From positions 25,792,001-25,856,000 of the forward strand of contig CM059434.1 of the NCBI GenBank assembly GCA_030390025.1: a stretch of DNA of 64,000 bases. The letters run 5' to 3'. The translations under genes and the position numbers were made by a program. Each line of letters begins with the position of its first letter. Position 1 is the stretch's first letter. The notes beneath the pieces are model-generated. The model searched no databases. It had not been told where the DNA came from and saw only the letters and a list, made by a program, of their open reading frames with translations. This DNA is from Squalus acanthias. Taxonomy: Eukaryota. This document shows positions 52,896 to 64,000 of this stretch, piece by piece.

Positions 52896-52933
52896 TCACC
52901 TGACGAAGGGGCAGCAGCTCCGAAAGCTTGTGA
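52896..52933 (+). ncRNA. Minimal type I hammerhead ribozyme motif
   Basis: TCAC-CTGACGA-AGGGGC-AGCA-GCTCC-GAAA-GC-TT-GTGA; palindromic AGCT stem III. Confidence 0.75.
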
Positions 52934-53920
52934 TTTCAAATAAAACTGTTGGACTATAACCTGGTGTTGTGCGACTTCTCACTTTTGTTCACCACAGAAA
53001 GTATGGGCTTGTCCATATCAGTCAAAGTACCCCTTTTAACAGCCTGATAAACCTTAATTACTGCCAAACAACCTCTCTGGCATTGAAAATTAACTTTGTT
53101 CTAGACGACTAAGTATACTTGAATGACTTTTGCAGTGAACACAAGGAAAAAAATAAATGTAGCCCGAATTATAACAAAGCCAACATACTCTATTTGCATG
53201 AAACAAACACACAGCACCTGATCATTCTAACAAGCACCATCAACGATACTTTTATTACTCAAAAAATGCTAGCTCCCCACATGGTTGCCACTAATGGATG
53301 TTAACGAGGCTTTGGGAATAACCCATGCATAGTTCAAAAATATATTACTCAACCAGGGGGCAGATATGGAGAACTAGGTGATATCAGTCACAGCAGCATC
53401 CATGAATCTGTAACCAAAAAATGACCACCTTCTGGAGGGGGGGAAATGGAGTGGGGAAAAAAGTGTATTTAATTTTTTTTTTTTTAAATAGGTTCCAACA
53501 AGTAATTTGAAAGATTGCTTTAGCACCTCCTAACTCAAGTGACTCTGATCTGGAGCGAGGTGGTCTAAAAGTGACTGTGAAACTAGCTCAGGCTATGTTT
53601 AGATGGGAACTACATCTACACGTTGCTCAGCACGAGCACATTTAAAATGACTATGTACTAGTACAAAAGCAACATTAATCTGCTAGAAACTTCCTTCCTT
53701 TTAAGTCAGCAAATCAATGCTAAAATGGACAATGGCAATTCCTGAACACGACTCCTTTAATAAAGCCTTAAAATGAAAGCCATTGTAATGTTGTTCTTTA
53801 ACATCTGATCAAACCCCAATTGAAATTAATACATTTTCTTCCTTGAGCTAGCTTCCAAATGCTGCATGTAAATATACTCAAAATTTGGTTTGACATTTAA
53901 TATTGAAATCAAACTTTTTA

Positions 53921-54088
<168 letters not shown>

Positions 54089-54284
54089 CTAATGTAAACA
54101 AGCATACATTTCAACAAGTGATGTAAGCTTTTATTAGGCATATATCCAAGTAGAATTTTGTATGTCATGCAAAAAATTGTGTTTCAAAACAATCCACATG
54201 AATGTTCTACAAAGCCAATTCTGTTCAACACAGCTGAGCAAGTAATTTTGAATTGTTAAAGTACAATACCCAAAAGTAATTTCA

Positions 54285-54458
<174 letters not shown>

Positions 54459-56223
54459 TCAATTCATAACAAAAGCATTATATCCACTGACCCTTGTACA
54501 AACAAAACATACTTGGAATTAAGGCATGGGATAACATTACACTTGGTGCAATAATGGAATTAAGACACTAGTGCTCCACCCCGCTTAGCAACTTAAATGT
54601 TTAGCGTGAACAATGTTGTTTTCCCTAACAGTAAAAGAAGGAATTTTGAAAATCCAACAAGTAATGAATAGGGGAACAAATGTGCTTCAATTAAATTTTA
54701 AAATACTAACATTGTCACAACATGCCCATTTATTCCCTGTAAAATTCTCTCTATCTTGGACAAGTTTAGCAATGGAAAACACTATAGATACCAGTACTGT
54801 CTGAAAAGTACAAAATCAACTTATCAAACCACCTATGTTTTTTGGGAAGAGAAAAGTGAAGTCAGTGGATTCATATCAATTAAGTCTCATGGAACAGGAT
54901 GCCTATTTCTGATAAAAAGGCATAATTACTGGAATCTTCATTTATTGAAGTTCAACTTCCACCTACAATTTGGATTTGGAGTTAAGAGTTTCTGCTCCCT
55001 CATCACTGCACTCACCAGCAGCAGGTAAGAGTTGAAAGTGGATTCAGGCTCAGTAACTAGAGCATGTGCAGATATATAAGGATCACTGCCACATTACATG
55101 GAAGAAGGTTGAAGTGTGTTCTTGAAACGAAGTGGGATGCAGAACTAGAAAATGTAACAGCAGGAAAACCGAACTATTTAAGACCTTACACTAGTAGCCG
55201 TAAGAGATCAATAGGAGAAGTTAGTTAATAAGAAAATTATTACAGGAAAGTATTGTAGATACTAGTTAGCAGGATACAAACACATTTTAAGTCACATAGG
55301 GTGCTGTTTAAAAACAGTATAACAAATTATACAGCTCCTTAATGGAAATGGAGTAAGAGCAGGAAATAGTGGTTATGTTAAATGTATTCAATACTGAGCA
55401 AATTCCAGATTCTGCCATTTTGGGTTCAATTAATACGTAGAGGTCTGCTTTCACAGAGAAGGAATTAAATAAATCCTCCAGGAATGGATCATGAGGTTCC
55501 AATTAGTTTTAGGATCATAAATACTGGTCCAAGCTCAAGGACATTGAAAGAACCTAAGCCAATTAAACAAATAGGCTAAAGAAAGGCAGATGGATTTTAA
55601 TGGAATATAAATGCAAAACAATACAGATTGCAACAAAAACAGATCTACATGGGGAAGAGGGTACAATTGACCACTGAAAGTATCCATTAAATGGAAAACT
55701 TGAAGGTAAATCAAAAAAGGGATGCATCTCAAGGGGATGTCAAAACAAGTTATCTGAATCTAGATCATTTGTGTCAATTAGAACAGTCGCAGTCCTAATT
55801 CTAGCATTTGTAATATTGAACTTAAAGCTGATCGTTGGTAAAAGTTTGTAAAACTTGGGCACCCTACTCAGTACTTCCTCCCCCCACAAATTAATTTATG
55901 GTGTTTCTACACTTTCTTATCCATTCCCATTGTTTACCATGAATTTCTAATGCTTCAAGTTTAACTAATTGCCTTTTTTGTGGAACTTCTGTCAAGTGCC
56001 TTTGACAGAAGTCTAGTCGCACCACAGCATAGTGCTTCCCACAGTGAACATGCAACTCAACACCAGTATTTTTTCTTGTTTGGTGGGGGGGGAAATGTGG
56101 GGGTGCATGAAAGAGCAGGAAGGGGAGGAGGGGAAGAAGTCACCAGTGGGGGAAGTCAACTGGCTCCCAATTAATAAAAACAAAAATACTTAATACAACA
56201 TTTAATTTAAAAAACAAAGTTAC

Positions 56224-56327
56224 CTTGGCTTTGGCAGTAGCTCCAGTTGCTTTGATCTTCTTATCAGCTTTAAGTACACCAACATCTGTCTCATCATTTG
56301 TGGTGGCACTCTGTGCACGCATGGAGG
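56224..56327 (-). CDS. CKAP5: CKAP5 coding exon, TOG4-TOG5 linker (ASMRAQSATT...ATAKAK)
   Basis: 104 nt, tgctag|CC ... AAG|gtaact; phase 1 to 0 fits the neighbouring exons; ends in KAK like the human exon. Confidence 0.85.
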
Positions 56328-57151
56328 CTAGCAAAGTAAGTTGATACACACATGTATAAAATTATACAGTTAACAGTTTAATGTGCGAGTTAATAGTACA
56401 GCAACCTGAACAAATCAAAATATTTAGAACATACTGCAAAATTTGAATGAAGAGGCTATGCCAAATTAGTGATATTTATTCTGTTTAGATACAGGAAGAA
56501 TGAGGTGACAGTTTAAATGACTAATCTCAAAACATTTCAATAGGGGCATAACATGCATTGGTGAGAGTACACAGGGGAGTACCAAGAACAATCCCAGCTG
56601 CAAAGGAGACAAGCAATAAGGAAAGATTTAGAGAAGCTTAAGCTCTATGCAGAAGATTAAGGGGAACCTCACTGAAGTTAACGTATTTAAGTGGCATAAG
56701 ACGGCCCACAATATTACTTCAAGGTAACTAGGACAAGAGCCGATAAATTTATTAGCAAGAAACAAGAACCAATCTTGGGAAAAACAATTATTCAAAGGGT
56801 GAAAACACGTAATCTATTAGGCAAGGTTGTGGAATAAAAAACCATCAGGAAAATTTAAAATGGTGTTGGATACTAAGCTGATGCCTTAGAATACAAGAGA
56901 GCGAGATCAACAGGACAAATAGTTTTCCTTGTTCTTGATATTTTCTTATATTCTCAAAAATGATAGGGGCGGGGGTTGGGAAACTTAAGACATGCACTGA
57001 ACTACAGAATATGAAGTTTAATGGCTATAAAAATCAGAATAAGGCCCTTCCTGATATTACAATTTTTATTTAAAATCCTATTTATCACAATGCATACAAG
57101 TCATTCCCTGTGTTTAAAGGGAATAATAAAAGCATGTATTGAGTTTACACG

Positions 57152-57245
57152 CTAAACAATATATTTAACAGTATGCAAAATAGTAGTGGATGGGGCAGAG
57201 GCTAGAAAAGAGAATGTTCATTAAAATTCAAGATCAAGTTACATT
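57152..57245. repeat. Direct repeat copy A (~94 bp) flanking a CKAP5 exon
   Basis: CTAAACAATATATTTAACAG...CAAGATCAAGTTACATT, >90% identical to 57490-57584. Confidence 0.9.
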
Positions 57246-57311
57246 TTGCATAGGAACCCAAAGTACTATTAAATTCAGCAACAAATAATTGGTGGAGCGA
57301 GTGTTTGTTAC

Positions 57312-57438
57312 CTGCACTAGGTGGCCTGGCTGCACCTGCACTGGATTTTGAAGACACTTTAGCTGGTGCTGCTGGTTTAGCTGGCATGATGGCTTGGGCC
57401 TTCTCAAGTGCTGCCATTACTTGGTCTTTTGAGGCAGG
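57312..57438 (-). CDS. CKAP5: CKAP5 coding exon (PASKDQVMAALEKAQAIMPAKPAAP...PPSA)
   Basis: 127 nt, cctaag|CCT ... G|gtaaca. Confidence 0.93.
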
Positions 57439-57489
57439 CTTAGGTAGAAAGCAAGAAAGTACGGTGTATAGTTATACCGATACTACAAA

Positions 57490-57584
57490 CTAAACAACAT
57501 ATTTAACAGTATGTAAAATAGTAGCGGATGGGACAGAGAGGCTAGAAAAGAGAATGTTCATTAAATACAAGATCAAGTTACATT
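57490..57584. repeat. Direct repeat copy B (~95 bp)
   Basis: CTAAACAACATATTTAACAG...CAAGATCAAGTTACATT. Confidence 0.9.
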
Positions 57585-58832
57585 CCTCCCAGAATTTCAC
57601 ACTTAAATATAAAAAAAAATTACAGAAAAACATTGCTATTAACTATTTCAAATGACTTAAACTGCATTGATTAAGAGCCAAATTTGGACGACTTACTGTA
57701 CTCTGAGCAAAAATCAACTAAGATATTAGCCAAATTTGAACTTTAATTCAACTATGAAATGGAAGTAAATCTCAACAAAAGCAAAAAGGTTAACAAATTC
57801 TTTGCAACTGTTTTCAGTTTTGAAATAAGTACTTGCTGTCATGACACATTAGAAATATATAACCAGAACTTCTGATCTCAACTAATGGAGACCATTTACT
57901 GTACCACAGGGGAAGCGTTTGGTAACTTTCATATCAGTGCTTAACTGGTCGACCAGCTGAGCAATCTTTGAAAGCCTTTTATAAGACTTAGTTTAAATAT
58001 TATAGAAGTCATAAGGTTACTTTTTAAAATTAGAGGAATAAATTCCAATATAAAACTTTGACTCAAGAATTACAGCACTCAACTGGTGCCACAAAGACCA
58101 CTGTGGTATTGTCTGCACTGCACAGTAATCCTCTACAAGTTCCTGGTCAATGATCCCAAAAGGCATTCTGGTTATTTTCAGCAAGTTACTCTGACACCAA
58201 CTGGCAATGCATCAGTACTACATATTTAGTCTCTTCAAAACCCCCTTCACAATCTCCCAAGAAATTCTCTAGTGTGGAGATAATTTCATGAAGGAATTAA
58301 CTTAAGCTCTCAGACTTTCAGCAATGCCACCTATCTTCCCAGATATTTTTTCAGCCATAACCATTCATGAACCTACTGCAGTACACAACACAGATCCATT
58401 TGTGGCTATTCATTACTGAAAGAGACACTCAAGATGTACAAATTTTGATCTCAAGTGCATGTATTCATGAAATCCACAGACCCTGTGCAAAGCAACATCA
58501 GGTGATGCTCAAACAAAATTAGTATGAATATATAGTTTGAAACTTCTGTGCCAACAACTGAACAGAATGGCGAACACTCAAGATCTTGAAGAAAGGATTA
58601 CCTTAAACTATCTAACGGAACTATATTTCTTGCCCTAGTGAGCCAGCAACAGAACTACTGCTAATGGCAGGAAATGAGCCATGGCACAAAACTCAAAGGA
58701 TAGTATTCATATTTGTTCCCTTCCCCCCACCAATTTAGATCCATCTGGAAACTGAACAATAAAGGACAGATCGAACATGGGCTTCCATAAAAGGGAATTC
58801 CTACAAGAAACATTTAGATTGTGGTAGTTTAA

Positions 58833-59205
58833 TAACAACTTGCATTTATATACCACCTTTAACACAGTAAAACATCCCACGACTCTTCACAGGAGTGTAA
58901 TCAGACAAAATCTGACACGGAACCACGCAAGGAGATATTAGGATGGTGACCAAAAGCTTGGTCAGAGGTAGGAGGTTTAAGGAGCATCTTAAAAAGGAGA
59001 GGTAGCAAGGCGGAGAGGTTTAGGGAGGGAATTCCAGCACTTAGGGCTTAGGCAGCTGAAGGCACGGCCACCACTGGTGGAACAATGAAAATCGGGGATG
59101 CGCAAGACTTGATGTGAGTTAGGATATGGACAGCAGAGTTTTGGATGAGCTCAAGTTTACGGTGGGTACAAGGTGGGAGGGTCAGCCAGGAGAGCATTGG
59201 AATAG
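58833..59205 (-). mobile_element. L2-type LINE 3' fragment
   Basis: KLELIQNSAVHILT motif; tail shared with 45125-45405. Confidence 0.7.
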
Positions 59206-59372
59206 TAGAGGTAGCAGTTTCAATTACCCAAAAGCTCTGCTTATGAGTGATAGAAATGAAAGACATGGCCACCTGATTCTTTGGGCAAGTTTAAGTGCCT
59301 AAGGGTATTAGATCAGTTGAGTTGCATTTTCAGAATAAATCCCACATGAAAATACACACAATTTACATTTTA

Positions 59373-59585
<213 letters not shown>

Positions 59586-59650
59586 CTAACCAGTAAACAA
59601 AACGTAAGTATTCTGGTCAAATAAATGTTTTATTAAAAAGGTAATAGCTA

Positions 59651-59812
<162 letters not shown>

Positions 59813-60249
59813 TCAAGTCATGGTACAAACTTGCATTCAGAATTAGCCAAACTACAGTACTGTTTCCTGAAAATAATTGATCTCAAACATAACTGGTATA
59901 AATTCTGCAACTTGTGTTTATTGACCCTCAAATAGTAGCCAACACCTTTGCACCAATAGAAAGTTGGCCTGTAAACTCGAAAAAGGAAACGCAATTCATG
60001 AAAATACTTGTTAGAAATGGGCAAACCTCAAACTGACACTCAAACTCAACCCCTGTAATAGGTTAGCAATATCCAGAAAGCATTGGCAGGTTTAGAAGCA
60101 AAATGAAAAGGAGCAATTTACTTGATGTAAATTGTTACTGATTTCATTGATTTAAATGAAGAGCTTCCATCATTGGAAAATTCAAATATTTCAGCTACAA
60201 AAATGCATCATTCAAACTAATCTCAAAAGTACACCAGTATGACAAAGAC

Positions 60250-61892
60250 CAGAGTAATAGATTGGAGAAAAGCAGATTTTATGGGGCTGAGAATAGAACT
60301 TGGGAAAATAAAATGGACAATATTGGCAAACAATGATGTAGAATGGCAAATGGGAAACATTTAAAACTGTGTTGAACAGAGTCCATGAAAAATATATTCC
60401 GCTAAAAAAACAAGATCAAGCTAAATACTAATGAAACACCATGGATGAATAAAGACATGAGGGAAAAAATTATGGCATGTAAAGAGGCATACACTAAGTG
60501 CAGGACAGCAGGGGAGAGCATGACAAGGGAGAGTACGAAGAGATTAGGAGGGCAAAGAACTATGAAATGGAATTATCAAGGAACATTAAAACAAAATAGT
60601 AAAATATTCTACAGGCACATAAATAAAGTCAGGATGGGAATAGGGCCATTAAGGAATAGACAGGATAAAAATCACAGGCAGCGATAGCAAAATGGCAGAA
60701 ATATTAAAAAATTACTTTGCTTCAGTATTTACCAGGGACACAGATCAGGTGGACATGACATCGGAAGATGTGATTAGAAAGGATATAACAGCATTTAAAT
60801 TAAGAGGAGAAATATTAAATAAACTAATCAAACTCAGGATATAACCCCTGGTCCATACAGATTGCATCCATGCATTTTAAAAGAATCTAGAAGAAATAGC
60901 AGAGGCACTATTACACATATTTAATAATTCATTAGAAAAGGGTGCGGTGCCATAGGAGTGGCAGATAGCAAATGTTATACCTATATATAAGGAAGATAGA
61001 ACATGTTCAGGGAACTATAGACCAATCAGTTTAACATCAGTGGTAGGAAAATTAATGGAATCCCTACTAAAGGAGAAAATAGTAAAACATCTAGAAACCA
61101 AAAATACAATAATGAATAGTCAGCATGTATTTCAAAAGGGCAAGTCTTGCTTGACCAACCTCATTGAATTTTTTGATGAGGTAACAAAGAATAGACAAGG
61201 GTAATACAGTGGATGTAATTTATCTAGATTTCTAAAAGGCCTTCGATAAGGTACCACATAATAGAATAATGAATAGGTCAGAGCATGCGGAGTCAGGGGA
61301 CAAGTAGCAGTATGGATAGCTAGCTGGCTGCAAGACAGGAAGCAAAGAGTAGGGGTAAAGGGACCTATTCAGAGTGGCAGAAGGTGGAAAGTGAGGTCCC
61401 ACAGTGCTGGGACCACCGTTAACAATTTATATTAACGATTTAGACTTTGGTATCAAAACACAATTTTTATATTTGCAGAGAACACCAATTTTTTTGGGGG
61501 GGCGGGGGGGGGGCTAGTCAATACTGAAGAGGACTGCAACAAATTACAAGACGACATTAATAAACTTGCAGAATGGGTATATAATTGGCAAATGAATTTC
61601 AACACTAAGTGAGGTATTGCATTTTAGTAAGAAAAATAAAGAGGTCACATATTACTTGGAAAATAAGAATCTAAATGGGGCAGAGAAGCAAAGGAACCTG
61701 AGAATAGAAATACACAAATCACTAAAAATAGCAATGCAGGTTAATAAGGCCATAACAAAAGCAAACCAAGGACTAGGGTTTATTTCTAGAGGGAGAGAAT
61801 TGAAAAGTAGAGAAGTTATGCTAAACTTGTATCAAAGCTTGGTTAGCCCACAATTTGGAGTACAGTGTACATTTCTGTTTGCCATATTATAG
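60250..61892 (+). mobile_element. Old CR1 ORF2 fragment
   Basis: GGAACTATAGACCAATCAG (NYRP), TCTTGCTTGACCAACCTC, ELKSREVMLNLY. Confidence 0.82.
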
Positions 61893-61965
61893 ATTTACTG
61901 ACTAGCTTTATTTAACACTAGTGGTAACCCATTTATTTTAAATCTGGTTTAGATCCCATAAAGGA

Positions 61966-62190
61966 GAAAAGAAAAAGTAAGACTTTCATTTAAATAGCAC
62001 CTTTCACGACCTCAGACCGTCCCAAAGCACTTTACAGCCAATGAAGTACTTTTTGAAGTGTAGTCACAGTTGTAATGTAGGAAACGCGGCAGCCAATTTG
62101 CACACAGCAAGCTCCCACAAATGGCAATGTGATAATCAGTTAATCTGTTTTAGCGATGTTGATTGAGGGATAAATATTAGCCAAGACATT
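61966..62190 (-). mobile_element. DeuSINE 3' half
   Basis: Reverse complement of 195-418. Confidence 0.8.
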
Positions 62191-62879
62191 TCTATATTGT
62201 AAGGCCTTTTTTATTTGTTCATGACAATGAGGTTTTTACCATGCAAAAGTACAGAGTACAAATGGACATTGAGAAATTATAACGACTAATACAAATTGGT
62301 TGGAAGAGAAACTGTTTGGAAAACCTGATCCACATTCAGTTAAAAAAACAAGCTCTCTTAAAAAGTGCAGTGAGTAAATCACACTGCCATAGACTGCCAT
62401 TCAGATGGTTGTAATTTCTCATTCCAGGTTCACTATTGATTACCAATAGTTTGCTATATACTAGAATAAATCATTGTATGTTCAGTAATTTGTATCTTTC
62501 TGGCACAAACAAGGAGTACCTTAAGAATTTGCTTATGTAAAATCTGTAAACATAACCTGCAGCAAAGGCAAATTATTGCTGCAAAATTATTAGTATTAAT
62601 TTGCATTCAAGTCAAGTTAACAACAGAATTGTAACAGTAATAGCGGGCGGTGGGCAGAAACCTGAACTGCAACAAAATAAATTCTATAAACTTCAAAGTT
62701 GCGATGTGAACGCAAGTATAATCAGAATAACAAAATTAAAAATAAAATGAGAGCATGGAATATAAACCAGATTTCAATTATCTGGTGAGTTGTCACACAA
62801 TTGGTCCCTACAATGTACTATTTGTCATGCAACAATACATGCAGCTTTATCACTAATATACATAACTGCATGATCTAAC

Positions 62880-63200
62880 AATTCCCAATATAGGAATATA
62901 GGAGTAAAACTCTGTCATCCATATAGGATAGTCACCAAGAAATCAAATAGGGAATTCAGAGAAACTTCTTTACCTAGAGAGTGGCGAGAATGTGGAACTT
63001 GTTACCACTGGAGTGGTTGAGGCAAATAGTACAGATGCATTTAAGGGGAGGCTATATGAGCATATGAGGGAGAAGGGAATAAAGGGTTAATGCTGATAGA
63101 GTTAGATGAGAAAGAATAGGAGGAGGCTCGAGTGGAGCATAAACACCAGCATGGACTGTTGGGCAGAATGGCCTGTTTCTGTGCTGTGTATTCTATGTAA
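62880..63200 (+). mobile_element. CR1 3' fragment
   Basis: Same subfamily as 24262-24600; tail TTCTGTGCTGTGTATTCTATGTAA. Confidence 0.75.
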
Positions 63201-63283
63201 CTGGTCTAAAATACTTTGGTAAATGTTATAAACATAGTGCATTTTAAAACAGAATAGTCACAACTGCTTTTATTTAATCTTTA

Positions 63284-63466
<183 letters not shown>

Positions 63467-64000
63467 TCATTGATGTGAAATCTATCTACAGCTAAGGTCA
63501 TTGTTCATTCTGAATCCTCAGTGGCAGTATTAAAACAGCTCTGCATTTACCATAGTATATAGGTTGCCCTTCATTCAAAAGATCTAAAACGCAAGCTTTT
63601 GTTGCAACTTCAGTTTCATTCAGCGTTGAATATTCTAACTTAAATCAAAATTTATCCACACACTGATAAGTACTCATCATCACATTGCCAAGTTACATGT
63701 CTCAGCAACATCACTGGAGAAATGCAGAGAACACAGATGGTTTACGCATGGAGAGAGTAACAATAGTTATTGTTGTCAAAATTCCCTTTTATCCTGCACA
63801 TTTTAAATGCTGCATCTTGTTGGATTCCTGTAGTAAACTTGAAATATTTTTCATCTCAACAAACTTGCAGGGTTATTGGAAGAATGCAGAAGCCAATCTA
63901 AAGAGCATATTCTATTCTTGATTGAGAAATTTAATTTCAAAATCTTGTTTATCCGGTGATCATTCCAGGAAAGTGTACATGTGTGAAGCCTACTCTCAAA

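Larger units (their letters stand above)
51827..52988 (+). mobile_element. Penelope-like element: inverted pLTR + GIY-YIG fragment + pLTR (long palindrome)
   Basis: Arms 51860-52275 and 52575-52988 are reverse complements; the loop encodes YLIHCRKGCPRAWYIGETMQTLRQRMNGH...GLN; TCACCACAGAAA is repeated at 51815-51826 and 52989-53000. Confidence 0.92.

Noticed and set aside
63930-63960. Minus-strand NKIL resembling the end of the preceding CKAP5 exon
   Set aside because: No GT/GC donor follows and the upstream residues do not match RLNDS

Overview
Eukaryotic genomic DNA, most likely from a cartilaginous fish (shark-type CR1, DeuSINE, V-SINE and Penelope repeats). The whole window lies inside CKAP5 (ch-TOG/XMAP215 microtubule polymerase) on the minus strand. 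I traced 17 constitutive coding exons (63406 down to 1327), all with consistent splice phases. One short intron is GC-AG, and one intron hosts the C/D snoRNA SNORD67. The introns are packed with nested transposable elements: many CR1 LINEs (one with a largely intact 818-aa ORF2 segment), Penelope-like elements with minimal hammerhead ribozymes, a pogo/Tigger-type MITE in two copies, a hAT element and SINEs. Most notable: (i) in-frame microexons missing from the ORF track (24 nt IMYRTYRI, plus 21-nt and 30-nt candidates); (ii) a ~415-bp-arm near-perfect Penelope palindrome with a hammerhead on each strand; (iii) a ~95-bp direct repeat bracketing a CKAP5 linker exon. Family assignments come from recognised motifs and remembered consensus sequences, not from database searches.
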